A DNA stretch of 64,000 nt from an uncultured Bacillales bacterium (GCA_902464635.1 CABQKC010000008.1:1521-65520); one strand, 5' to 3'; positions 28,184-37,447 are shown, counted from the stretch's first letter. Notes: generated by a model from the sequence alone, not told the origin. Made by a program: numbers and translations.

Positions 28184-28261
28184 AAATGTTCTCCTTCGTA
28201 AAAGAGTTCTTCAGATAAATCTAGTTTATGCAAAATAATTACCATTAGAAACCCTTTAAAT

Positions 28262-28290
28262 TTATTTATATTAATGGTTGATATAATTAA
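28262..28290. promoter_or_regulatory. Palindromic operator candidate, site B (TTATTTATATTAA-TGG-TTGATATAATTAA)
   Basis: The right arm is identical to site C. The left arm matches the palindrome consensus at 11 of 13. It lies 79-107 nt upstream of the start at 28183. Confidence 0.4.
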
Positions 28291-28372
28291 ATATCACGCT
28301 TTTTTCCGACAAAATGTCGCTTATTTGCCAAAAATACGAAAACTCTAAAAACTGTAAAAATAAATGTCTTGT

Positions 28373-31009
28373 TTATACCAAAACTATACTTTCGCCTTGC
28401 TTCAATGAAGGAAAAGAATAAGAAGACGATGAAGGAATTGTTTTAATATTCTCGCCTTGGTAAGCAGTTAGTTCTGTTGAAGAAGTAGCTTTAACTGAAT
28501 AACTACCATCATTATTAATATAAGAAGAAATAACATATGCATACTTCCCGTCTTTATTCTTATAAACACCCACATGGTATTTTGATAAAGAACTGATTTT
28601 AAGCCCACCGGGAATCGAAGATAATAAGTCAGTCATGGAAGATGAATTAGAATGAAGCGAATAATTCCCTAATTTATTCGACAAATATGTACCCTGGTAA
28701 TCATAGCCTTTTAATAAGTTGGCCATGTTTAATATTTGTTTATTTATGTGTAATACATCCAGGCTTGTCGATGTTGTGACTTTATATTTTTGATTAAAAG
28801 CCTCGTCAACTGCTTTCTCATTTATGAACAAAGATGTTTCATCATCTGAAAATGTCTTATACCAAACAATGTTCTTGTAGCCAAAAGACAAAGCCATATA
28901 AGCTTGCAAAAGCATCTCGCTATAATAAGATGCACGAGGAAAATCAGCTACACTGCAAAGTTGCATAATTAAGAACGGCGTCGCATTTAGTTCACTGCTT
29001 TTAGACCTCAAGCAAAGCAAATCATGGATGTAATAATCTCTTAATGAAGTTGAATTGTTTTTATATGTAAACGGATAGAAATCGGTGCACAATGATCTAA
29101 GATTATAATCAGGCAAAGTATCAATTATTAAATTACCGTATTTATTTAAGGAATCCTTAAGAGAAGTCCCAGAATAACTAGGCAGCAATGTCGTTATGAA
29201 CTTCGAATCAGACTTATTCGCATATATAGAGTTAAACGATGCTGATAGCCTTTCGATTGAATCAAAGTTGGAATCATTTAACGGCTCATCCCAACTTAAA
29301 AATCCAGCAAAACCTGGAACGTTGCTAAAATCTGGCACACCATCGTAAAAATGCAAATCATTAGATGAATAGCTTCTATCATTTATAACTGTTTTAAGAC
29401 CATTTTTGTGGAACATTCTAACTATATCTTTCAAAGCATCGACATTATCGTTTGTTCCTATTGTTTGTCCTGAATAGAACACTCCATTAAACCCAAATTT
29501 GATTAAGTCACTGCAAATTTGCTTGTTATGATCGTTATCGTAATTATTCCTGCAGTCTAAATAAGGACAATCATAGGCGTATATATTCATGCTTTCATCT
29601 TGATTGATTAAATAAAAATCAAACACAACATCATTATCAAACAACTGTTTAGATAACTCTTTGGGACCAAAAGGTTTATACAAGACGCCGCCTATATCTA
29701 TTTCATCAAAAGAAATGGTTACATTATCATTTAATTTGCCTACATGGGTCTCTTCTTTTAATAAAACATTAGTGTCTTTATTGATATATCTAACTTTATA
29801 GGTAACTTGTTTTTCATCTGAAAGGTACTTAGCAATTATTTCTTCTTTTTTCTCATCCGCTTCATCAATTGCCCTCGATGCAACTCCTAAAACGCTTCTA
29901 ATCGAATTGCTTTGATTGCCATCGAAATCATTCGATAGAAAATAGCCATATTCATTCTTTATATAAAATAGGCCCCGATAAGAAACCAAATAATCTTTTG
30001 TTTCAAGGCCATCTAGCCTTCCAAGCAATGTATAAGAACCGTCGAAATTGTATCTAGCAAAGGCATAACGTTTTTGTGCCTCTATCTTACTCTCTTCTTT
30101 TTTGTTAAAAGAAAATAAGCCATCAACGAAAAGAGAGTGTTCATTTAAATCATTGCTGCTAAACTCATTGTTTTTAAATGCAATAAAACCTATTTCCTCT
30201 GCGCCTTCTAACACCGGAGAAGGAATGTTGCATCTAAACTCAATTGAAGATAAACCATTGTTTAAACTAATGCCGGCACCCTTTTCCATAACAAAGTTTT
30301 TATATCCAACAACTAACTTATAATCATAACGAAAAGAGTAACCATTGGATTCAAAATAAATGGAAAAATCATCAAAAGAAGAAGACCCATTACGAGAGAT
30401 AAATTTATTATTCTCAATCGAACCAGCAGGATAGGCATAAGAAATAGCGCCTTCGAAACCATTGATAATTGATGCCACCAATTCATCCTTACTTGTTCCA
30501 TTATTGACATATATCGTGTTTCCTACTACTTCAATATTTTTGTTATTCGAAACCATTATCTCTGGTTCGTATGTAACGAACTTGCTTCCGTCATATTTAA
30601 ATTGCGAAGTCAAAATATCTATTTTTATTCCAGTTGGATTTACATATTCTCCTGAAAATGTGTACACATCATTTTCTTTGGCCTCACAGCCATTCAAATA
30701 TACCCTATAGTAATTTTCGCCCCGTTTTTCCAAATAAAAGTTATCAGCATCTATATTTTTGTAGTTGTATCCGATTTTTTTGTTTAAAGGAGTCAATATA
30801 GACTGGTACATGTAATTCCCTGCATTGCAGGGTATATCGTTTGACTTCAACGTAACATTAAATGCCGAATTCCCCGTATTTTCATCATGCAACGTAAGCT
30901 TAGATTCAAGTTCATTAGAATTAGAAGCAAAAGAAGAAAGAATAGGAATGACATTCATCGATATTGCATTCATCCCCAAAAATAACAAGAATCCATATTT
31001 ATTTTTCAT
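28373..31009 (-). CDS. Secreted multidomain protein: N-terminal beta-rich domains, MucBP-like segment, C-terminal TIM-barrel-like putative glycosidase
   Basis: Signal peptide MKNKYGFLLFLGMNAISMNVIPILSSFA. VTYKVRYINKDTNVLLKEETHVGKLNDNV is MucBP-like. The C-terminal blocks FLSWDEP, LLPSYS and TDFYPF are shared with 53690-55084 and 59457-60821. Confidence 0.6.
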   Translation of the reverse strand: MKNKYGFLLFLGMNAISMNVIPILSSFASNSNELESKLTLHDENTGNSAFNVTLKSNDIPCNAGNYMYQSILTPLNKKIGYNYKNIDADNFYLEKRGENYYRVYLNGCEAKENDVYTFSGEYVNPTGIKIDILTSQFKYDGSKFVTYEPEIMVSNNKNIEVVGNTIYVNNGTSKDELVASIINGFEGAISYAYPAGSIENNKFISRNGSSSFDDFSIYFESNGYSFRYDYKLVVGYKNFVMEKGAGISLNNGLSSIEFRCNIPSPVLEGAEEIGFIAFKNNEFSSNDLNEHSLFVDGLFSFNKKEESKIEAQKRYAFARYNFDGSYTLLGRLDGLETKDYLVSYRGLFYIKNEYGYFLSNDFDGNQSNSIRSVLGVASRAIDEADEKKEEIIAKYLSDEKQVTYKVRYINKDTNVLLKEETHVGKLNDNVTISFDEIDIGGVLYKPFGPKELSKQLFDNDVVFDFYLINQDESMNIYAYDCPYLDCRNNYDNDHNKQICSDLIKFGFNGVFYSGQTIGTNDNVDALKDIVRMFHKNGLKTVINDRSYSSNDLHFYDGVPDFSNVPGFAGFLSWDEPLNDSNFDSIERLSASFNSIYANKSDSKFITTLLPSYSGTSLKDSLNKYGNLIIDTLPDYNLRSLCTDFYPFTYKNNSTSLRDYYIHDLLCLRSKSSELNATPFLIMQLCSVADFPRASYYSEMLLQAYMALSFGYKNIVWYKTFSDDETSLFINEKAVDEAFNQKYKVTTSTSLDVLHINKQILNMANLLKGYDYQGTYLSNKLGNYSLHSNSSSMTDLLSSIPGGLKISSLSKYHVGVYKNKDGKYAYVISSYINNDGSYSVKATSSTELTAYQGENIKTIPSSSSYSFPSLKQGESIVLV

Positions 31010-31147
31010 AAAATAAATTTTTGCTGAAACGAAAAACTAATCAACACGTTACCAAGCAAAGAAACAAAAATGATATAAATATTAAGAATCTTATTATTTA
31101 AATAATAAAAATTAAGTTTTTTTTAAATTACCAAAACAAAAAATAAA

Positions 31148-32743
31148 TTAGATGATTCTAACGGTTGCAAAGCCTTTGTATAAGTTATACATACTGCCGA
31201 ATTTAGCATATGGCAATAGTTCTTCTTCTAGTTCTGGAATGCTTTTTATTTTTCCTTTAACAAAAAGAGACAATCTTTGTTTGCAATCCTTTAATCTCAT
31301 ATAAAGACCGCCTAACCTAATCTCGTGAACATCAAAACCATGCGGTATGTTTTCTTCCATCCACTGCTTATAAAAAGTTTTTTTGAACCTTAATAAAGCA
31401 CTACAAGCCAAATCGTATGTTTTTATTATATCTTTTAGTTCCTTTAAATCTTTACTCTTATAGGCTTTTCTTGTCCTGATTCCTAAGTCATATTTATAGG
31501 CCAAGCAAGCGCATAATTCCATTAATTTGATATACTGGGTCCTGTATTTTTTTGGAATCAAAGGAATAACTTCATCATATTTTTTTACCATAGATTCATA
31601 ATCAATAGGCATTATTTTTTCTAATTCAAAATCTTTCCAGCCTAAAAATGGATCATTATACAAAAGAGACTTACAAGTAATATTTATATCTTTCAAATCC
31701 GGATTAACTTTTGATCTATTAGGTTCATCCAAAAGTAAATAGATGTCAAAGTCAATCCCAGTGATTTTCTTAAATCTATTCTTTTCTTTATCGTTAAGTT
31801 TCTTCCCGTCGATTAGCAAAGATGCCTCAAATAATCCTGGCAAAGCAGAAAAATACGAACATTCAAACCCGTCATCTGGCCACAAAGTTATTAAATAATT
31901 CTCAATATTAAACTTCCTAGCCTCTAATAACTGAATTTTCAATCTTTCTAGGCTTCCAATATTGCTTGGAGCGAATCCGTTGCAAGTAGAAACGCTGCCT
32001 GCAAAATATAGCTCTCTATTAAACTGAAGATGAGATTTAAACATTGAATCTAATAAATCTTTATCCGTTGAATAATAATCCCAATAGCATAGTCCAACAT
32101 TATTTGGCACCATATCCATAATCTTTTTATCAAAATTCACATTCTTGTCATAGTAAATGCCATGGTTTGCAAATTTAAAAAACATATCAGACCACATATG
32201 GCAAATAAAACCATGCTTATTAGCAATAGCATTCACTTTATTCAGGTGTTTTAACATCAAATCGAACCTATTTACATATCCGTGTTTATCCAAATATTTA
32301 CCCAATCCGACATGATGTGCCTCATCGAACGCTATATTTATCTTGTTGGAAGAAAAGCACTTCCTTAATGTTTTGATTATGTTTTCTATAAGCTCATAAG
32401 TACGTGGCTCATCTATCAATAAAATATCATCTATATCAATAATGTTTTCATATTCCGGAATCTTTGACAGATAACCAAAATGACCAAGAAATTGGCATGA
32501 TGGAATAAGTTCTACCCCTTTTGAAACGGCATATTTATCTAATTCAATTAAATCATCTATAGAATAACCTCCACGGAGGTACCCGAAATAAGGTTCTTCT
32601 TTTATTTTGATCATATCATCCAGGCCCAATTCAATACTTGTATATCCAAACGAAATCATTAAATCAATAAATCGTTTAATCGACCTTACGCTTAGCCCTC
32701 CGTTCCCGGAAAGACAAATAAAGACACCCTTATTTTTGATCAT
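31148..32743 (-). CDS. GH20 beta-N-acetylhexosaminidase (cytoplasmic), paralog 1
   Basis: INIAFDEAHHVGLGKY contains the D-E catalytic pair context. HMWSDMF and YWDYY are present. No signal peptide. Clear paralog of 48710-50338. Confidence 0.7.
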   Translation of the reverse strand: MIKNKGVFICLSGNGGLSVRSIKRFIDLMISFGYTSIELGLDDMIKIKEEPYFGYLRGGYSIDDLIELDKYAVSKGVELIPSCQFLGHFGYLSKIPEYENIIDIDDILLIDEPRTYELIENIIKTLRKCFSSNKINIAFDEAHHVGLGKYLDKHGYVNRFDLMLKHLNKVNAIANKHGFICHMWSDMFFKFANHGIYYDKNVNFDKKIMDMVPNNVGLCYWDYYSTDKDLLDSMFKSHLQFNRELYFAGSVSTCNGFAPSNIGSLERLKIQLLEARKFNIENYLITLWPDDGFECSYFSALPGLFEASLLIDGKKLNDKEKNRFKKITGIDFDIYLLLDEPNRSKVNPDLKDINITCKSLLYNDPFLGWKDFELEKIMPIDYESMVKKYDEVIPLIPKKYRTQYIKLMELCACLAYKYDLGIRTRKAYKSKDLKELKDIIKTYDLACSALLRFKKTFYKQWMEENIPHGFDVHEIRLGGLYMRLKDCKQRLSLFVKGKIKSIPELEEELLPYAKFGSMYNLYKGFATVRII

Positions 32744-33824
32744 TTAAAATTCTCTCCTCTGCCGATTTAAAAGCTACACCGAGCGAAATAGAAATATCAG
32801 AAGACATAGAAATAGTTATGTCAGGCTCTAAGCTACCTTTATATCTCAAATATGCCGATTTAACTTTGTCTGGGAATGAATTAATGTTGACTATTTCCCC
32901 AGTCAAAACAACATTATTTGCCTTAAAAATGGTAAGAACGTTGATTAAAGCAATGCCTAGATACTCAGCGGCTTCATCAATATATTTACCGTATTTGTCA
33001 TCGTTACCAAACAGCTTCTCTTTCTCCTTCGAAGATAGACCTGCTCTTTTTAGTATTCCCCCTACCGAGCAATATACTTCAAGGCATCCTTTCTTCCCGC
33101 AAGTGCAAGGTTCGCCATTTATTACAGCAATTGAATGCCCAAAATCTATTCGTTCTAAACCATTTAAAGTACCGCTTGCGAAAGGGAAAGTAAAACCTAA
33201 GCCATCTGAAATATTTACAACCAACGTATTGTCGGCATTGTTTTTGTGCCTTCTACAATAATCAACCGCTATACAGTTCATGTCGCCACTAGCAGAAACA
33301 AATGTGCGATACCTTTCTTCTAAAAAACTTCTAATTGGGAACGGGCTCCACTCATTTATTGGCAAAAAGCGTTCCAAAATTCCTGTTTGGTTATCTATAT
33401 ATCCTCTACAACTTAATCCAATAGAAAAGACAGTAAATTTATCTTTGGCAAATTCAAACCCTTGATCAAAGGCCTTTACAATCAAATCAATTACTTCTTT
33501 CTGGGTGTTTGCCTCAAAAGGAAACGAAAAAGAAAATAATTCGCATCCATCAATTCTAGCAACAGAACAAGATACATTAAATGAATTAACGCTTACGCCG
33601 ATTGTTGCAAATTTCTTGTTCGCAATTATTGAGTACGTACTCCTCCCTATTCCATTAATTGTAGGAGATGTCTCCTCAATCAAGCCATCATCGATCAAAG
33701 CACAAACATTAGAAGAAACGGTTCCCCAAGAGTATCCTGTTTGAGCTTCAATTTTTCTTCTGGTAGTAGGAGAATTTGTAATTATATTGTAGAAAACATC
33801 ATAATAGCTTTTCTGCCTTTTCAT
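32730..33824 (-). CDS. ROK-family transcriptional regulator (wHTH + ROK sugar-kinase-like domain)
   Basis: N-terminal wHTH (TRRKIEAQTGYSWGTVSSNVCALIDDGLI). Canonical ROK zinc signature GHSIAVINGEPCTCGKKGCLE. Confidence 0.8.
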   Translation of the reverse strand: MKRQKSYYDVFYNIITNSPTTRRKIEAQTGYSWGTVSSNVCALIDDGLIEETSPTINGIGRSTYSIIANKKFATIGVSVNSFNVSCSVARIDGCELFSFSFPFEANTQKEVIDLIVKAFDQGFEFAKDKFTVFSIGLSCRGYIDNQTGILERFLPINEWSPFPIRSFLEERYRTFVSASGDMNCIAVDYCRRHKNNADNTLVVNISDGLGFTFPFASGTLNGLERIDFGHSIAVINGEPCTCGKKGCLEVYCSVGGILKRAGLSSKEKEKLFGNDDKYGKYIDEAAEYLGIALINVLTIFKANNVVLTGEIVNINSFPDKVKSAYLRYKGSLEPDITISMSSDISISLGVAFKSAEERILNDQK

Positions 33825-33842
33825 AAATTTACCTATCCTTTT

Positions 33843-33871
33843 TTAATTATGTCAAAGGTTGATATAATTAA
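33843..33871. promoter_or_regulatory. Palindromic operator candidate, site C, overlapping divergent promoters (TTAATTATGTCAA-AGG-TTGATATAATTAA)
   Basis: 13-bp arms, 12 of 13 self-complementary. The plus-strand arm holds an extended -10 (TGATATAAT, 33860-33868). The minus-strand arm reads TTGACATAAT, 21 nt upstream of the ROK ATG. Confidence 0.5.
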
Positions 33872-33967
33872 CAATGTCGACTTTTGAGCAAAAAAATAAA
33901 GAGCAATTGAGCCTTGAAAAGCAATTATTCAATTCATTTATTTTTCTATTACATTTAAAATATCCTT

Positions 33968-34774
33968 ATGAAAACAATTGCAATAAATATCCCTTCTAAT
34001 TTAACTAAAGTCGAAGACATCATAACTGCTATAAAAGTCTATGGTCATAAGAATACCAAATATCATCTTTCTGTTTACGGAAAAGAAGAATTATTAATAA
34101 CCTTGGAAGGAGTCGAAGGAATAAGTATTAATAAAGGCAAATTCAACCCTTTATCAAATTTCCTTAATGATAAAGAAGTAATCGGATTAGTAGATTTTGA
34201 ATCTAAAAACGAATTAGTCTCTACTTATAAAAATCCGATTAGTTTTGCTTATCTTTTTAACGGGATTGATAAAACTAGGCAAACAATATTCCTTCTTTTG
34301 CCTTCATTAGAAAAAGAAATTGTAGTTTCTGCGATTAATAACTGCCTTTCATATCTAAAAAAGATAAATATGGAAGTTATATCCACTCCAAGAATTGGTT
34401 ATCTAAACCTAAATAGAGGCAACCCATTAGCTAATTTAAAAGAATTTGATATAGAAAATGTCTCCTTTTTAGATGTTTTAGAAGGCAAGGAAAATATAAT
34501 CCTAAGTTTAGAAAAAGAAGGGACTTATTTCCTAGAAGGAATAAATGCCGCAGCAACATTTATATCTAGACAAGATAATAAAAGAGTAAATGAATCCAAA
34601 AATCCTTTTACACGCCTATTTGTAAAAAAGGATAGAAACGAATTATTAATCTCAACATCTACATTAGTAATCGGGTTAGATAAACCGTTAATTAATCTTC
34701 CGTTAAATGCTTCCTATAGCCAGGCTTTCGATGCAATAACTGGAATAGAAAAAATAGATGAGGCCAAAAAATGA
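33968..34774 (+). CDS. Hypothetical protein, distant PlsX-like fold lacking the GGD motif (tentative)
   Basis: MKTIAINIPSN parallels PlsX M-x-IAVDAMGGD. STPRIGYLNLN parallels SPRVGLLNVG. LVIGLDKPLINLPLNASYSQAFDAI parallels [24 protein letters not shown]. The similarity was judged by eye only. Confidence 0.35.
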   Translation: MKTIAINIPSNLTKVEDIITAIKVYGHKNTKYHLSVYGKEELLITLEGVEGISINKGKFNPLSNFLNDKEVIGLVDFESKNELVSTYKNPISFAYLFNGIDKTRQTIFLLLPSLEKEIVVSAINNCLSYLKKINMEVISTPRIGYLNLNRGNPLANLKEFDIENVSFLDVLEGKENIILSLEKEGTYFLEGINAAATFISRQDNKRVNESKNPFTRLFVKKDRNELLISTSTLVIGLDKPLINLPLNASYSQAFDAITGIEKIDEAKK

Positions 34775-35418
34775 ATTTCTTAATCGAAGGAAATAATTTA
34801 CCCCCTTCTTTTCTAGAAGTCGTAAAAGTAAATTCATTAAAGGGTGATAAACATTTTTATTTCAAGGAAATGCCAACTACTATTGTTGCTAACGAAAATA
34901 TTTCTCTTTATAAAAAAGAAACGGATTTTATAAAGATTACATTTTGTAATGATCCTTTGTCTAATTTTGAGCAGTCATCAGTCCCAATTCTTTTATTAAA
35001 AGATACTTTTTCTTTCTTATATGGAAACCATAGATCAATTAAAAAACAATTGACCCCTGTATTAAATAAAACGAAATTGGAAGTGAATTCTAACGATGAT
35101 TTATCTTTGATTCTATTAGGCCAATATAACGAATATGTCTTTGCTAGTCCAGATGATTTTAAAACAAAGATGTCATTATTTTTCTCTTTTCTAGATTCAT
35201 TAGACAAATTAGAAGAAAAGAAACAAAAAGACAATGGGGTCAAGAATTATTTCCTTAGGATGTTTGTTAAAACTAGTGTTTCAAGAAAGCATTTCAACAA
35301 AGAGGATTATTTCCTCAATGCCTTGATTGATATAAAAAATAATCCCATTATTTATCTTTCTAGTAACGGGGATTATAAACATTTTGATAAATTGCTAAAT
35401 CTATTAAGCGTAAACTAA
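34771..35418 (+). CDS. Hypothetical protein, unknown function
   Basis: 215-aa ORF, translationally coupled (ATGA) to the preceding gene. No recognisable motif. Confidence 0.45.
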   Translation: MNFLIEGNNLPPSFLEVVKVNSLKGDKHFYFKEMPTTIVANENISLYKKETDFIKITFCNDPLSNFEQSSVPILLLKDTFSFLYGNHRSIKKQLTPVLNKTKLEVNSNDDLSLILLGQYNEYVFASPDDFKTKMSLFFSFLDSLDKLEEKKQKDNGVKNYFLRMFVKTSVSRKHFNKEDYFLNALIDIKNNPIIYLSSNGDYKHFDKLLNLLSVN

Positions 35419-35703
35419 TCCAAAATAGACTAGAAGCACGACTAATGTAGCTTGCCATATGGTGTGAATAATACCAAATATCAAATAACGTCTTTTATGT
35501 CCTAAATCTTCTATACGTATCTCAGTAATCATATATGTTAGAAGCAAGATTGGCCCACCGAAAAATATAGCAGTCAGTATAGGTGCTAGGTCATTTATCT
35601 TGCCACTAGTTTGGCCACGTAAGTATTTTGCATACGCCAAAGCAACCGTATAGGTGCAGATAAAACCAATAATAATTAAAGTAAAAAAAGTATAGATATT
35701 CAT
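35404..35703 (-). CDS. Small 3-TM membrane protein, hypothetical
   Basis: 99-aa hydrophobic ORF. Its ATG follows the mgl terminator directly with no Shine-Dalgarno, so expression is uncertain. Confidence 0.35.
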   Translation of the reverse strand: MNIYTFFTLIIIGFICTYTVALAYAKYLRGQTSGKINDLAPILTAIFFGGPILLLTYMITEIRIEDLGHKRRYLIFGIIHTIWQATLVVLLVYFGLVYA

Positions 35704-35704
35704 T

Positions 35705-35735
35705 GTTTTAGAAAAGGGGAGGAAGCCCTCCCCTT
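35705..35735 (-). terminator. Rho-independent terminator of the mgl operon
   Basis: Minus strand reads AAGGGGAGG-GCTT-CCTCCCCTT followed by TTCT. 9-bp GC-rich stem, 18 nt after the mglC stop. Confidence 0.7.
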
Positions 35736-35753
35736 AATGATACATTATTTTTA

Positions 35754-37436
35754 TTATTTCTTCTTAAGGAATTTAGCGCAGTCAAATGTAACAGCAACAA
35801 GGATGATGATGCCTTTGACGAATAACTGAGCATTAGAATCACCGATTCCAATATATGGAAGGATGAAAGAGATTGCCTGGAATAACAATGTTCCGATGAC
35901 AACGCCATGAATTGTACCAACGCCACCACTAAATGAGACTCCACCGACAACGCAAGCTGCAATAGCATCAGATTCCATACCAGTACCATTCTGTGCCTTA
36001 ACAGAAGTTGAATAGATACCGAATATTGATGATCCTAATCCATAAAGGATACCAGCCATCAAGAAAACGCCCATGGTTGTCCAGAATACACTGATTCCAG
36101 AAACAGCAGCAGCTTCAGGATTTCCACCTACTGCAAACATATTCTTACCGAACTTCGTCTTATTCCAGATAAACCACATTACGATAATTAATACAATCGC
36201 ATAGATAATCATAATTGGGAATGTGCCGTTTATCCTACCAGTCAAATTGGTGATTAAGTCATTGTTTGGCATACCGGTGAATCCGTTTTCAGTCAATAAG
36301 ACCATGCCACCGAAGATGATGAGTTGGTTAGCTAAGGTTGAGATGAATGGATGCATCTTGAATTTAGCAGTGAAGAAACCAGCTAAACAAGAGAAGAAAG
36401 TACAGGCAACAGTTGAGCATAAGAATCCAAGGATTACCCTAAACCAAAGTGGAATAGCAGAGAAATCCATTGTCTGTCCTAAGAATTTGATGTCAGGTAT
36501 ACCGCTAGTTGTGCAGAACATAACAGTCAATACGCCGCCCATACCAATCATTCTGCCAACAGAAAGGTCGGTACCAGCTAAGACAATTAATCCTGCTACA
36601 CCTAACGAGAAGAATAAACGAGGAGAACTTTGTTCGACAATAGAAACAATTACGCTCCACTTGAACAAAAACGCCCCATCATTAGCAACGGCATAACCAA
36701 TGGTTAAGAAGATGATTGCTAAGACAATAACAACATATAGACCATTATTGAAGATGAAGTCACGCATATTGAATTTGTAGACTTTTTCTTCAAATTTTTC
36801 CAAGAAATATTCTTGGATTGGACGATACTTCCCGCTAGCGTTTTTAATCGCAGTGCTGCGTTCTTGGAACATTTGATGCTTAGCATCTTTGTTCTCGGTT
36901 ACTTTATTGTTATAGGCTTCCTTTGCTTCTTCAATAGAGAGCATATAAGCCTTTTTGGCAGCAATTAGGTTGCTTCTAGCTTCTTCTTTTTCTTCTTTAG
37001 TAGAAGCACCAACTGAATCAGCTTTAATTTCAGCAAGTTTAGCTTTATAGGTGGCCTTTGCTTCCTCAATTAATTTATTACGAGCAAGTTTAGCTTCTTC
37101 TTTTTCTTTCTTGTTAGACGCAGCCTTTTCTTTTAACATGGCCCCATATTGAGAAGAAACTAATTGATAGAATTCTTTTCTTTCTCTCTTGAGTTCTTCC
37201 TTATTTGTCAAGGCAACTTTCTTTGCCTCTTCAATCAAGGCCTTATCTTTTATAATGATGTCTTCTTTAGCTTCCTTTGGGATTTGATGGTTACTTTTAA
37301 CGCTGCGGATTTCACGATGTAAATCGGCAATGCGCTTTTCACCAAGCTTAGTTAAGGCATCTATGCGTTTTTGACGTATTTCCATTTCTTTCGCTAATTC
37401 TTCTTTTGGAAGTATCGCGACTACTTTTTGTTCCAT
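35754..37436 (-). CDS. mglC: Galactose/glucose ABC transporter permease MglC with ~200-aa N-terminal Lys/Glu-rich coiled-coil extension
   Basis: The C-terminal ~340 aa is a CUT2 permease (GGVSFSGGVGTIHGVVIGTLLFQAI). The N-terminus is rich in repeated IEEAK motifs. Confidence 0.8.
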   Translation of the reverse strand: MEQKVVAILPKEELAKEMEIRQKRIDALTKLGEKRIADLHREIRSVKSNHQIPKEAKEDIIIKDKALIEEAKKVALTNKEELKRERKEFYQLVSSQYGAMLKEKAASNKKEKEEAKLARNKLIEEAKATYKAKLAEIKADSVGASTKEEKEEARSNLIAAKKAYMLSIEEAKEAYNNKVTENKDAKHQMFQERSTAIKNASGKYRPIQEYFLEKFEEKVYKFNMRDFIFNNGLYVVIVLAIIFLTIGYAVANDGAFLFKWSVIVSIVEQSSPRLFFSLGVAGLIVLAGTDLSVGRMIGMGGVLTVMFCTTSGIPDIKFLGQTMDFSAIPLWFRVILGFLCSTVACTFFSCLAGFFTAKFKMHPFISTLANQLIIFGGMVLLTENGFTGMPNNDLITNLTGRINGTFPIMIIYAIVLIIVMWFIWNKTKFGKNMFAVGGNPEAAAVSGISVFWTTMGVFLMAGILYGLGSSIFGIYSTSVKAQNGTGMESDAIAACVVGGVSFSGGVGTIHGVVIGTLLFQAISFILPYIGIGDSNAQLFVKGIIILVAVTFDCAKFLKKK

Positions 37437-37447
37437 CTTCTTTCTCC

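Noticed and set aside
28338-28351. 13-mer AAAACTCTAAAAA shared between 28339-28351 and 40268-40280, both just downstream of minus-strand stop codons.
   Set aside because: It is short and extremely AT-rich, and the flanking sequence is not conserved. A chance match in a ~30 percent GC sequence cannot be excluded without genome-wide statistics.
31070-31082. ATGATATAAATAT upstream of the 878-aa gene, resembling one arm of the locus-1 palindromic operator.
   Set aside because: It matches the arm consensus at only 10 of 13 positions, and no partner arm lies at the 3-nt spacing. It is probably just a -10-like AT-rich element.
36223-36696. Long antisense ORFs in the six-frame track, for example 36223-36696, 32818-33261, 37527-37943, 35708-35989, 19529-19927 and 56492-56827.
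   Set aside because: Each lies wholly inside a much longer opposite-strand or same-strand gene with clear family motifs. Their translations are low-complexity with no motifs, so they are shadow ORFs.
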